Origin: Octopus bimaculoides
Taxonomy: Eukaryota
Direction of reading: 5' to 3'
Length of the DNA: 64,000 nt
Assembly: GCF_001194135.2 (NCBI RefSeq)
Contig: NC_068985.1
Span: 87,379,502-87,443,501 of the forward strand
Below, piece by piece: positions 12,175 to 25,210 of the stretch. A program made the position numbers and the translations under genes. The notes under the pieces were generated by a model, which was given only the letters and a program-made list of their open reading frames with translations, searched no databases and was not told the DNA's origin. Every line of letters starts with the position of its first letter. The stretch's first letter is position 1.

Positions 12175-12610
12175 CTTACCTCCTGGCTGATGCCAAATGC
12201 CACCTGATTGGCACCTGTACTGGTGGCACGTACAAAGCACCATTCGAACATGGTCGGTGCCAGTGCTGCCTGACTGGTCCTGTGCCAGTGGCATGTAAAA
12301 AGCACCATTCAAGTGTGCTTGATGCCAGTACTACCTGACTGGCTCCCTTGCCAGTGGCACGTAAAAAGGCACCATCCGAGCATGGTCGATGCCGGTACTG
12401 CCTGACTAGCCCTTGTACCAGTGGCATTCAAAAAGCACCCTCTACATTCTTGGAGTGGTTGGCATTAAGAAGGGCATCCAGCTGTAGAAACTTTGCCAAA
12501 TCAGATTGGAGCCTGGTGCAGCCTTCTGGCTCACTAGCCTTCACTCAAACCGTCTTACCCATGCCAGCATAGAAAGCGGACGATAAATGACGACGACGAT
12601 GAAGATGATA
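12175..12610 (+). mobile_element. SINE-like element with internal ~66-bp tandem repeats and (GAT/GAC)n tail
   Basis: GTGGCA(C/T)GTAAAAAGCACC recurs at 12223, 12288, 12354, 12421. It is followed by GGTTGGCATTAAGAAGGGCATCCAGC and ACCCATGCCAGCATAGAAAGCGGACGATAAATGACGACGACGAT. Confidence 0.7.
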
Positions 12611-13429
12611 ATGTTGACCACCAAGTAGAATTACTAAAATCAGAAGATTTTTATATCACTCTTCTACAAAACAGGTAAAATATTGTTGTCTTTGTGAATT
12701 ATTTTGAAATTTCAGATGGAGAAAATCGTATTGATTGTTTGGTTAGTAGAATAACAGGTTTAGAATTGAATTAACCATAATTGAGGATATTAGTAAAATC
12801 TCGGTGATACTTAGTAGAAATTCATTTAAATGGAAGAATGAAAGTTCTGTGGCATTTATAATGAAATAATTAAAGAACTATAACAAAATAACATAGACAA
12901 CAAAACACTTTCAGTAGCATTATTTGTATGAGGAAGGAGAATGAAATAAGCTTACAAAAATACAAAAAAAAAAACCCACAACATATAAATGAAATTAGCA
13001 AAGAAAAAATAAAAAAGAAATGAAGAAGAAAAATAATAAGCATAACTGTGAAAAAAGTAAAATTAATTTGATTATTGCTTGTTTCTTTTGTGCAATTCTT
13101 TATGGCAGGTGGTGTTTTCATTTTGCAGAGAGAAGACCTGTTCATAATTGTTATGGATTTTCATCAAGAACTTTTTAGATTTTTCCAGGTCAAATCACAT
13201 CAGAAGATTTCATTGGAAAGCTCTATCTTAACGATATTCGCAACATTGTTGTTGTTGTTGTTGTTGTTCTTTGTTCCTGTGTTTGCTTCTTCTTCGTTGT
13301 TTATTAATTTAATGTTATCTAACTGATTGAATTATTCAAAGATGATTCTGTAAAAGTCGTAATAAAATAAACTTTCAAAAACTATGCTCTACTGGAATTG
13401 GTTTAATTCCCCAAAGGCATTGCATTTTC

Positions 13430-13494
13430 AATATATATATGTATGTATATATATAAATTATATATATATGTATACATATATATATACATATAAA

Positions 13495-13574
<80 letters not shown>

Positions 13575-13789
13575 GCACATACATGCATGCATAGATAAAG
13601 AGATAGATGGATAGACATAAATATTCATATGTATGTATGATATTTTCTTGCCTTGCCATCAAATGACTGGCATGGAGAGAAACAATACTGAAAGGGAAAA
13701 ATGAAACAAGAATATTTTTTTGGTAAACATGGAACTAGAAAACAGAGAGAGGAAAGATAAGTGAGAAGGCATAGAATATGAAAATTAAA

Positions 13790-13849
<60 letters not shown>

Positions 13850-13880
13850 AAAAAAATAATGATAATGATGATGATGATGG

Positions 13881-13930
<50 letters not shown>

Positions 13931-13950
13931 GTCATGATGATGATGATGAC
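13430..13950. repeat. (TA)n, (AAT)n and (ATG)n microsatellites
   Basis: Direct reading: 13430-13575, 13790-13847, 13860-13950. Confidence 0.95.
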
Positions 13951-14927
13951 TTTTATTAGTAGCCCCTTATTAGGAAAGCAGAGTTGAAATCAAATTTGTG
14001 AAATAACTGTAAAATTGCCTGTGTTATTAACCTATGACCCTCTTTTATTTCTACTGAAATGAAATGAAAATTAAGAAATGGTAAAAAGCATAAAAAGCAA
14101 AAAATGAATTTCTATCTTCTGCTAAATATGTATTTTATTGAGAAAAAAAAAAAATTAAATGAGGAAAATCCCAAATAAGAACCAGGGCTTGGATTCCTAT
14201 TGAAACTAAAATTTATTCTTGACCTTGTTTTGGTAGAGACCTCTTTTGGCATTGCATTTAATTTATTCCCAGTTTCCACTACCTTATACAGTTATTACCT
14301 GGATGCGTCGTACAAAACAACAGCATTGACAATGAGATGAAATTTCAATTAAGTAAGAATAAAAACGACTTCTTACAAATAGTTTCTCTTATAAAATGTT
14401 AACCGTTTTATCACTTCGTTTCTATGTTGTTTCGGGTACTTTTCTATATGATCAATGTTTTTGAAGGGTTTTGCAATATATCTATAACATTAAACACATA
14501 CACACACACCCACACACACTCAACACATTATGTGTGTATATATGTTTTTATACCCCTCACCACATATATATATATATATATGTGTATATATATGTATATG
14601 TATATATATANNNNNNNNNNNNNNNNNNNNNNNNNNNNNNNNNNNNNNNNNNNNNNNNNNNNNNNNNNNNNNNNNNNNNNNNNNNNNNNNNNNNNNNNNN
14701 NNNNNNNNNNNNNNNNNNNNNNNNNNNNNNNNNNNNNNNNNNNNNNNNNNNNNNNNNNNNNNNNNNNNNNNNNNNNNNNNNNNNNNNNNNNNNNNNNNNN
14801 NNNNNNNNNNNNNNNNNNNNNNNNNNNNNNNNNNNNNNNNNNNNNNNNNNNNNNNNNNNNNNNNNNNNNNNNNNNNNNNNNNNNNNNNNNNNNNNNNNNN
14901 NNNNNNNNNNNNNNNNNNNNNNNNNNN

Positions 14928-14967
<40 letters not shown>

Positions 14968-15910
14968 ATGTCACTTAATTTACACAATTTACAAAACAGC
15001 TACCAATAGTTTCATGTTTTAGAGTTATAATAACTTGGCAGATATATATATATATATCATGCCATGTATCCCCAAGGAATCTTTCACTGCATGTTAAACA
15101 TTTTTATTCATTCTACCAATAACGGAACTGTAAACTACATAGATTCATATTTATGTAATGTTTGTGTGTGTACGCACGCACATACACATACACACATCCA
15201 TACATATATATACATACACACATTATATATATTCAAATGGGCATGCAAACACACACACACACACACACACATGCACGTATAAATATCGGTATTGTATGTA
15301 GGTATTGGTCAATATAAGCATCATATTTATTGATGTTCCACAGAGATTTTGATAGAAGTTTTAATATAAGTGGAAAGCACTTTAACCTTAAAATTTCAGA
15401 AAATAAGGTTAAAAGTGTAAGCTGATGTTTCATTTTCTTTCTTATTTCCAGTAATTTTTTTTTTCCAACTTGCATCATACAGGCTTTCTAAATTGAGAAT
15501 ATTGGTCTTCTGTTTTTTTTTTTTTACCTTGCTGTTTGCCAGGCTGGCATAAAAAGAGTAGAGTGATCTGAACCTAGTTTGGGAAATGGTAGCATCAACT
15601 AAAAGAATCACTGATTTAAATTATATTTCTGCCATAAGCAATGACAACAGTTAGATAATTGTTAAAAGGGCTCTGAAATAAATAAATAAAATGTGATGAA
15701 AGAAAGCAGTTTGCTTCTTTCTTCTATTTACTCTTGACAAAGGGCATTTTAACCCTGAAATATTGAAATATAAAGGTAAAGTGCAAACTGTTGTTTGTTT
15801 TATTGTACTTCTGTATTCACTCATTCATTTCCAAATTACATTGTTGCATATTTTCAGAAAGTATTTTAACAACACTACCTCATATTTCCATTTAAACTAC
15901 ACTACTCTAC

Positions 15911-15955
<45 letters not shown>

Positions 15956-17829
15956 GATAGATATAGATATATTATGTTCAACATCATCGTAATCATCACC
16001 ATTATCATCTTCATCATTAATCATCAACATTATTCTTTTGTACTTTTGCTTTCCTTGTTGAGTTGGAGTCCTAAAGGTCATCACTTGTGTCCTTGTAAGG
16101 AATTACTGCCAATCCTAATTGTGATCAGATGACCACATCGCTTTTGTTTTCATATCCCTTCTAATGTTTACTTTTCCCCTTCATTTTTTATTCAACGGCC
16201 AAATAAATATTATTCTGAAAACTGCCATGTTGACTGAGATCAATTTTTTCCTTATATCTAAACCCAGTCTCAGCAGACTAGAAGAACTGCCAATTTCAGT
16301 AAATCCAAATCCAGGGTGTTCCAAGGTGTTACTCGTTTATTACCATTTTTCTGGGTTCTTTGTCCCTATTCTCTCTTAAACCCATCTTTTTGTATCTTGC
16401 TTCTATCCTCTGAAACTTTGTTGGCACCCTCATTCTCTTCTTATATAATGTTGGGTAGCAATGTCATCTCTGCTATGGCAACACACCTGCCTCTGTCCTC
16501 TCTATCATACTTCAGTCTATCAACACCTGGCATAAAGCCATCATCCTCTCTTCTCCAACTCCACCTTTTCTTGGTAATCTCTCTAGTGCAAGTGTCATGG
16601 CAAAGTCCCCAGTACACTCTGCAAAGTGGTTGGCATTAGGAGGGCATCCAACCAAGGACATCAAGGAATGATTGATTCTTATGGAGTTTCCTGCTGAATC
16701 ACAAAATATTATTCCCTTGGTTTTTGTGTGTATGGTTGATGTATTTCTTTCTGTTTCTGTTGTGTAGCAGATGTCATCTGATACAACATCCAAAGGCTTT
16801 CTCCATCAGTCTAAAGATTCTTGTTTTCTCTCTTCATCTGAGACACAATCTATCAATATCACTGTTTCTCTGGCAGTTTGCAACTGATTTCAGGATCTTT
16901 GCAGGTTTTAATGTCTATAGATGAGATTTCCTCTGTAAACTGACCACGTATTCCAAATGTTGGTATCAGTATGGACACTACAAATGCATTGTGTAAGAGG
17001 ATAGCTCTGACTGCCATATCTTTTTTAATCTGATATTATATTCTTAGGTTAATCACTCTTTGGTTATTCACTCTTTATATGATAAATTTTCATTCATTGC
17101 CTTGGGATTTACAGCACTCATTTTGTGGAATGATAAAGAGACCATTGGGGAAAAGATTTTCAGTTTGTGAATCAGTTTTTCCACTTTCATTTGTTAAATA
17201 TGGAATTTCTTCAGCTTAAATTCTATTCTTACTTACATCAGAGGAAAATGTCATTAAAATTGGTTGTTTTTTCAGCAATATAAACATTTCAGACGTAAAT
17301 CTTTAATTTGTTCGCAAACAAATTGTGAAGTATTACGAGAGTCTTTTTCTGTTGTAGACCCTAGGACATGGCAAGTGGAGTTTTGTAAATGAAAAGACAG
17401 TGGATTTAAGGGGAAAAAATAAAATCACTGACAGACTCTTAACTTGGAATTTCTCAGTTGAAATATTTATAACACCAAAGTCAATAATTCCTTTTCATTT
17501 ACAAGAGTCAGAACTGTAGACCAGATGTTCATGAGTCTTTTGATGGCAACATTTTAAAATCAAGTTACTTCACCAAACTAAAGTAACTTCGGTAGTTATG
17601 AGTGTGGAATGGGATAAAAATTCTTTCTGCAGTCAAGCCATCCTATTGCAAAGATTTTACGGTGCTATCTTACAGCACTGTTTTATTACCCAAAAGTTGT
17701 TTGGTACATCCCTACATTTGTTGTTTTATCTCTAGCCTGCTCATAGCGACTATATTATTAGACTCACAATAATCTCAGAGGAATTAGTTCAGGCAGTTTG
17801 TGTGCACTTTTTACATACTGTTAAAACAG

Positions 17830-17908
17830 GCTAATGGCCCAGAGTTTGCCAAGACAGTATTTCCATTCTTAGCCACTAGATTTGCTTGTGCTTTTGAAAG
17901 CCAGTTTG
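17830..17908 (+). CDS. Candidate internal exon (ANGPEFAKTVFPFLATRFACAFESQF), product unknown
   Basis: AAAACAG| acceptor, TTG|GTATGT donor, open frame phase 0 to 1. No homology recognised. Confidence 0.2.
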
Positions 17909-18815
17909 GTATGTCAGTCTGACCTTTCACATTTATTTTAAAGAGATGTAGAAATAACTTTCTATAAACTGTTTATGTCTTGTACCAGAAACCAGGTCAG
18001 TTTTTCATGTCTTCCCATTATGTTGCTTTGGTGAGAGTTTCATCATCGATTGTATAGGCTTCACTATTGATGTTGGCTCAGTATTTTGGCTTTATTGTGT
18101 CTAGCTATGCTGAATTTCTATTTAAATATTTTATTCCAGATCTTAGAGCAGAATGGTTTTTAAATCTTCATGGGAAAGTTTCTTTTAACTACGATATCAT
18201 CCCCACCTCATCTTCCTGTTTCCTGTTTTAGAATTAACTAGAAAGTACTACACCGAGTGACTATAAACCTGTGCTTAGTACTCACTCATTGTCGTATTTC
18301 TTCCAATAGCAGAGTTTTTCACTCTGAGATTTGAGTTCATTTTCAGGCTTGTTGAGATTTTATTCCAAATACTGAGCAGAAAGCAAATCCACGTCTTCTA
18401 CCATTCCACTTTTTTGTGTTATTGTTGTGTTGTAAGGTTATCATTCACCTGATACTTTTTATTCCTATTCTGTTCTCAAAGTTCTTTATACTTTCCTTTA
18501 GTGTCAACCCAGTTGGGTTGCCTGCAAGGAGTTATCTCTTTGCTGCCTGCATTATAAATATCTCCCTGGTACTCCTTCAGAGTAACAGCAGTTGAATACA
18601 TATGGCTTTTAATATTCTGATATGTGTTATTTCGTTTTTTTAATACAGACTCCAGTGATATCATCAATAACTTTCACCATGAGAGTGGGTGGTCTTTCTC
18701 TAACTCTCACATGAAAAAATAAAGGTCAGTTACTTAATGTGAGCTGAAAGAAGCTCAGAAACATTAATTTCAAACTGTGGTCTTAAAATATTTTTCATTT
18801 GTATATATTATACAG

Positions 18816-18956
18816 TTGTCTCTGTGCACTCAACACGTGGAAATGATAGCAGTACAGCAAAGTTGTATGATGATTGTGCTAATGCTGTCAGTTTGTTTAC
18901 ATTCTTGCTGGTCTCTTTGACAGTTTTTGATGGTTTTAAATCTAGTCAAAAAGACA
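18816..18956 (+). CDS. Candidate internal exon (VSVHSTRGNDSSTAKLYDDCANAVSLFTFLLVSLTVFDGFKSSQKD), product unknown
   Basis: TATACAG| acceptor, |GTAAGT donor, 141 nt, open frame, phase 1-1. Confidence 0.25.
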
Positions 18957-19959
18957 GTAAGTATACTGGAATAGGAATATATTGATTGCATTCTATGATT
19001 GCTATTTTCCAAGGATAGAAGATGGCCATTGGCATAAGTGTTTAGTTGGGAAGGGGCTGAAGTATAGATGTAATTCAACCTGGTGTTTTATTTCACAGTT
19101 CCTGAAACCAATAAAAGGATCTTTTCAAACATTTCATAACATTGGAGAACATCTTTATTTATCTGCAAAGATGAAATGAGAAGAAAACTTACCTTTGAAG
19201 ATATCTCACAACTGGGAAAGCAACAGATGTGGGTGCTGTGGGTGTTGTTATCAATGTCAGTCAAGATTGTACAAGAAAGAAACCCCACATGTAAGAAAAT
19301 ACTTTTATAAAATCTGGTATGAATGAGGTTAAATTGATGAATAAAAGTAGTTTCTCTTATTTGTTGTAGAAGTAAAACAATTACCATTGACCGTTGCAGG
19401 GTTCTTTAGGTCATCTTGGTTACAGGGAAAGCATTCAGAATCACATTTTGGATGATCCTTTGTGTCTGTACGTTTGTTGCTGATGGCATGTATGTATGAA
19501 TGTATGTATGTATGTGTGTGTGTATATGTATGTATATGTGTGTGTATATATTTGCATGCATGTATGTGTGTGAATATGTATGCATGAGTGTATGGCTATA
19601 TGTATGTATGCATGCATGTATGTATGTATGTCTGTGTGTTTATATGTATGCGTGTGTATGTATGTGTGTATAAATATGTGTGTATAAATATATATACGTA
19701 TATGTATGTGGGTATGTGTATACCTATGAGAGAATGTGTGTGTGCGTAACCGTATGATGTTTGCGTATGTTTGTGTATGTATGTTTACATGCATGTATAC
19801 GTGTGTATTTGTGTATGTATGTATGTATGTATGTATGTATGTATGTGTGTATGCCTGAATGCATATACGTAAATATGCATAGGAGTATGTATTTAAAGTG
19901 CCCTCAGATCGACTGGGATTCATCATAAACTCCAAGACCCAAACACTATCCAAATAAGA

Positions 19960-19962
<3 letters not shown>

Positions 19963-20018
<56 letters not shown>
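19963..20018. repeat. (CT)n microsatellite
   Basis: Direct reading. Confidence 0.98.
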
Positions 20019-20021
<3 letters not shown>

Positions 20022-20344
20022 CCTAATTATCATTCAAATCCCTGAAGACCCGATCTGTGAAAGAGGACCAGAAACGAAAATGACTACAGAAATTAAAAGC
20101 ATAAAATTCCCTAATCCTCTAATCATGAATAAATTCCTCTTGTTATTGACACTGTATTGATTTAACTTGGAAAGCTTTTGGTCTTTACATGGCACACAAG
20201 CCCCCGGATAATGAGTACCCCCAGGTAACGAGAACAGTAATTGCATATAGCAGAAGTTATATTGTTATATTTAATATTAACTCTTATAGCGTTTAACAGT
20301 TTACAACACTGTTTTTTTTTTCTTTAACATTTACTACAAGTATA

Positions 20345-20540
20345 TAAGGCAGTGAGGTGGCAGAATCGTTAGCAGACTGGGCCCAGCGGCATTTTGTTCT
20401 GGGTTCAAATTTCATTGAGGTCGACTTTGGCTTTCATCCTTTCGGAGTCGATAAAATAAGTACCAGTTGAGTACTGGGGTCGATGTAATCAACTTACCCT
20501 CTCCCACTAAATTTCAGTTCTTGTACCTATAGTAGAAACG
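20345..20540 (+). mobile_element. SINE family C
   Basis: GGCAGTGAGGTGGCAGAATCGTTAGC...GGGTTCAAATT...GGTCGACTTTGGCTTTCATCCTTTCGGAGTCGATAAAATAAGTACCAGTTG. Confidence 0.8.
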
Positions 20541-20994
20541 AATATTTATTACTAGTATACCTGTGTTGTCAAAAATGATGACGTTAAACGAAAAGCTGAA
20601 AATACATCAACATAGCTTACATTCCATACATTTGTCATAATCTTGCCACATAATGTGTTTTGAATAATTATATTTTTATTGAAAATGTTTTGATGAACAT
20701 TTAGTATGAGGGAAAGTTTTATAAAAATTATTTTAATCATTTATTAAAGTGAAAACAATTAGCCAAACATTATGAAATTAGTGTGTTTAAATAGCGGTAT
20801 GATAGAAGGGTCTGATATAATAAATAGCGGTATGATAGAAGGGTCTGGTAGAAGAGAATGCAGGAATATGTGAAATTGAACTGACTGCAAATTGGAAGAC
20901 TCTAGATAGCCATTCCAAGATAGAGGACTGTTTATCACATCTAACCCATTAACCTTCAGATTACTCTGTCAAATGTAATGCACATTTATTAAGA

Positions 20995-21312
20995 TATGGC
21001 TGCAGAGTAAGAAGTTTGCTTCGCAACCATATGGTTTTGGTTTAGTCCCATTGTGTGACACCTTGGGCAAATGTTTTCCACCGTAACCTCGGATTGATGA
21101 AAGCTTTGTGAACGGACTTGGTAGAGCAACGCTGCTTGACAACCAGTGTTGGTGTGTTTATGTCTCCATAACTTAGCAGTCCAGCAAAAGAGACCAATGG
21201 AATATGTACCAGGCTTTATAAAAAGTGATAAGTACTGGCAACAATTCGTTTGACCAAAATTCTTCAGGGCAGTGCCCCGGCATGGCCACAGTCTAATGAC
21301 TGGAACTAGTAA
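20995..21312 (+). mobile_element. SINE family B
   Basis: Head AAGAAGTTTGCTTCGCAACCATATGG and tail CATGGCCACAGTCTAATGACTGGAAC. Confidence 0.75.
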
Positions 21313-22129
21313 CAGATATCTTATTGCTTCATTATAATTGTTTACATTTAAAATGATATTGCTGGGTTAGTGTAGAAGGTCAGATCTGGCGAGCTTAGAC
21401 ATAAAACAAGTTAGACTATATAGGCTGTATATGACCTAAATATACTTACATACATGTGTGTGTGTCTGTGTGTGTGTGTGTACGATTACAATGGATCCAT
21501 AAAAAAAATGGAGGCGTATCAAAGTGAAGCACATTATTAATTGGTTACACAGACTCATGCAGAGCAGACAGTGAAGTAATCAATTATCCTAGAGTAGAAG
21601 ACATCGATGAAGTAAACACACTGTTGTGAAGTAATATGCAATTCCAATACTATTTAAAGTATCCAACAAAGAATGGAACTTTAAGGGTGAACTAATAATA
21701 AAGACACATGAATGTTTTTCAAGTGTTGCTAGAATATAATTTTTTTCACAAGGAACGTTTATTTTGATGTAAAGATAATGTGATTATTTAGATTGGGCAA
21801 TGAACCATGCAACACCGAAGCTCATCATGCAGCTTCGCAAAAACAGTGAACAATGACTTGTTGAGTGACCGATTGTTTGCAACTAGTGAATTTACAAATC
21901 CGTATATCGATATATAAGAGGTTCAAAGTAGGTCTGTCTCGAAGCTGTAAATCAAGAATCGAATATAAATGGAAGGAGTTGTGCGTATGATTTCAGGTAT
22001 AGACATTAAAAAGTCGGCGGAGGTCAATTACACCCGATAAAGAAAACATTTGGCGTCAAGGACACATTTACTCCAACCAGACAAGTTCCGGTTTAGTCAT
22101 TAACAAGGTCGGTTCAGAACTCGAAATTT

Positions 22130-22183
<54 letters not shown>

Positions 22184-22537
22184 GTAATCATAAATTTAGC
22201 ACCAGTAATCAAGGATAAACGAAGGGAGAGGATAATAGAGGGAAATGGGGGTAGAATAAGAAATAATACGACTAAGAAAAGTTGAATAGGGAGAAAAAAT
22301 AAAGAAAGAAGAAGGAGAGGTAGAGACGGAAAAACACTGAGGACGAAAATTAGAGAACGAATAATTATAGAGGAATAGATAGAGAGACCAATTATAAATC
22401 GGAGTTCTGATTTGTAATTTCACATGCTGAAATCCAAGCTACTACTCAAACAGTCATTGTTCATTCATTTTTAGAAGTTGCCTGATGAACTTAAGTGTTT
22501 TATGGTTGTGTTATGTAATCTAAATAATTGTATCATT

Positions 22538-22735
22538 ACAGCTCTATATTTAAGAGATGATGAATTATGTACATTATTTACATTATTTACATATATTTGT
22601 CCTCATGCCAGATTCGAAATTTCCCCAAGACACCTGATGAAGGCTGGAGGGTATATCAGCCGAAACGTTGTGTTAACAGCAAACAAGATGAAGACAAATA
22701 TCCGTTGAATGTAAATAATGTAAATAATTACATTA
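22538..22735 (+). mobile_element. 5'-truncated copy of the element at 72-400, with inverted tail fragment (22538-22608)
   Basis: TTCGAAATTTCCCCAAGACACC shared with 276-297. The left part is the reverse complement of the tail. Confidence 0.75.
22629..22674 (+). ncRNA. Minimal type I hammerhead ribozyme motif (Penelope-like)
   Basis: Stem I GACAC/GTGTT, core CTGATGA (22634-22640) plus one extra A, stem II GGCTG/CAGCC, GAAA (22662-22665), palindromic ACGT in place of stem III, predicted GUU cleavage triplet. Confidence 0.75.
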
Positions 22736-22823
22736 TACTTACATTGCTCCCACCGAAACAATTCAGTTGTAGCAACAACACTTGGACACAATTCGGCTGT
22801 GTATATATGTATATAAGATAAGT

Positions 22824-23190
22824 GTGGCGGTGCAATGGCCTACTGGCTAGGGCAGCAGACTCGCAGTTTCAATTCCCAGACCGAGCGTTGTGAGTGTTTA
22901 TTGAGCGAAAACACCTAAAGCTCCACAAGGCACCGGCAGGGGGTGGTGACGAACCCTGCTGTACACTTTCACCACAATTTTCTCTTACTTTCTTCCTGTT
23001 TTTGTCGTACCTGTATTTCAAAGGGCCAGCCTTGTCACACTCTATGGCACGCTAAATCTCCCCGAGAACTATGTTAACGGTACACGTGTCTGTTGAGTGC
23101 TCAGCCACTTGCACGTTAATTTCACGAGCAGGCTGTTCCGTTGATCAGATCAACTGGAACCCACGTCGTCGTAACCGAACGGAGTGCCAC
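22824..23190 (+). mobile_element. SINE family A
   Basis: Reverse complement of 528-891 and 8576-8914. Confidence 0.85.
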
Positions 23191-23457
23191 GATAAGGTAA
23201 GTAATATCTTAAATTAAATCCAATACAGAGAAAATAGGGATACAAGCATCCTATCTTTCACTGGCTCCTTTGATTAATTCCCAATTTTGTAGAGAAAAGC
23301 CATACAATTCACATTGGTTCATATTAAATTTATATAAATGAATAGATAAGGGAGATATAGAATTGTCACTTAAAAAAATTAAAATTATTAACATAATATT
23401 ATACTATATCATATTCTTATAATAATATAATATAACAAATGATATATATTAAATACG

Positions 23458-23743
23458 AATTACATACAATTGTTTCGATTCTTACCAATAATAAAATTAT
23501 AACAATCCATTGTTTGCGGGTAAGAATCTATCCAGTGTAATTTTTGATATATGAGGATTCACACACTTAATTTAAATGTATTTATGTTTGCACGACTGAA
23601 AACATAAATATATTTAAATTCAGTCTTGTTTTGTATCTGTGAATCCTCGTATATCAAAAATTACACTGAACAGATTCTTACGCACAAACAATGGATTTTT
23701 GTAATTTTCTTATGAGTAAGAGTCGAAAGAATTCTATGTAATT
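23458..23743. repeat. Foldback / MITE-like inverted repeat, ~105-bp arms plus inner palindrome
   Basis: Left AATCCATTGTTTGCGGGTAAGAATCTATCCAGTGTAATTTTTGATATATGAGGATTCACA versus reverse complement of right arm AATCCATTGTTTGTGCGTAAGAATCTGTTCAGTGTAATTTTTGATATACGAGGATTCACA. Pairing extends out to AATTACATA. Confidence 0.9.
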
Positions 23744-23827
23744 TGGCAGAAAATACCGGCCAAAATTCGAAGCCAATATTATTACAAAGGAAGATTAATT
23801 ACAGAGGAATTAAAAACAAATCTTCGC

Positions 23828-24627
23828 GCAAGCGTGGTTGTGTGGTAAGAAGCTTGCTTACCAACCACATCGTTCCAGGTTCAGTCCCACTCTGTGGAAC
23901 CTTGGGTAAGTGTCTTCTGCTACAGCCTCGGCCGACCAAAGTCCTGTGAGGTAGACGGAAACTGAAAGAAGCCCGTCGTATATATATATATGTATATTTA
24001 CTCTTTTACTTGTTTCAGTCATTTCACAGTGGCCATGCTGGAACACTGCCTTTTAGTCAAGCAAATCGACCCCAGGACTTATTCTTTGCAAGCCTAGGAC
24101 TTATTCTATCGGTCTATTTTGCCGAACCGCTAAGTTACGGGGGTGTAAACACACCAGCATCGGTTGTCAAGCGATGTTGGAGGGACAAACACAGACATAC
24201 AAACATATACACACACATACATACATATATATATATATATACGATGGGTTTCTTTCAGTTTCCGTCTACCAAATCTACTCACAAAGCTTTGGTTGGCCCG
24301 AGGCTATAGTAGAAGACACTTGCCCAAGGTGCCACGTAGTGGGACTGAACCAGGAACTATGTGGTTGGTAAGTAAGCTACGTATCACACAGCCACTCATA
24401 CGCATATATGTATATGTTTGTGTGTCTGTGTTTGTCCCCTCACCATCGCTTGACGATCGATGTTGGTGTGTTTGCGTCCCCTTAACTTGGCGGTTTGGCA
24501 ACATAATTCAATAGAGTAAGTACTAAGCTTACAAAGAAGAATTCGTGGGTTTGATTTGTTCGACTAAAGGCGGTGCTCCAACATGGCCGCAGTCAGATGA
24601 TTGAAACAAATGAAAGAATAAAAGAAT
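23828..24627. mobile_element. Nested SINE B: plus-strand copy split by a full antisense copy (24001-24402)
   Basis: + head 23828-23985, - full copy 24001-24402, + tail 24420-24627. Confidence 0.85.
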
Positions 24628-24769
24628 TCAGTGGAAGTTTGGGTCATGGGATTAAGAAGATCGCTTTCTAAAAACTTAGTTTCAGGTTTCCTCATATTGA
24701 AAACCCAGGACTAACCAGAACACCAGAACCTGTAAGACGGTTTGGTAGACGAAAACTAAAGATGCCTGT

Positions 24770-24893
<124 letters not shown>

Positions 24894-24899
24894 CCTTAT

Positions 24900-25210
24900 T
24901 TTTTCGACATTCATGTGATAGTTGGAAATGTGTGTCACAATCATAGAAGCGATGTCGTTGCTTTCTAATCTTCGGTGAAAATATGTCTGGCCATAAGGAG
25001 ATTCCACCTCATTTAGAAACGAGAGGGGATTAGACGGTGAAAGGTCATTAGACTGCTGAAAAATCTGCCTCCATAGACTCTGATGCGTAGAAGCTTGGGA
25101 AAGTGGACGTGAAAACAATGAGGATGATGACCATGGCAATGATGATGATGGTGTTGGTGAGGATGATGATAATAATGACGATGATGACGTTGTTGTGATG
25201 ATGATGATGA
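24900..25210 (+). mobile_element. SINE-like family D ending in (GAT)n
   Basis: TCTGGCCAT..., AAAATCTGCCTC..., GGAAAGTGGACGTGAAAACAATGAGGATGATG. Related copies at 27860-28100 (-), 29070-29515 (+) and 56460-56600 (+). Confidence 0.6.

Noticed and set aside
13189-13308. Frame GQITSEDFIGKLYLNDIRN loosely resembling a TAFH helix
   Set aside because: Only ~18 residues, runs into a (GTT)n repeat, and has no supporting neighbouring exons.
18649-18724. Plus-strand exon candidate with good splice sites
   Set aside because: The only long frame hits TAA just before the donor; it would need a 1-nt homopolymer error.
20788-20847. 33-bp direct tandem duplication (also a 20-bp one at ~56170-56205)
   Set aside because: Ordinary local slippage or repair duplications.
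21490-22100. Faint mariner-like translation fragments
   Set aside because: No diagnostic motif could be reconstructed.
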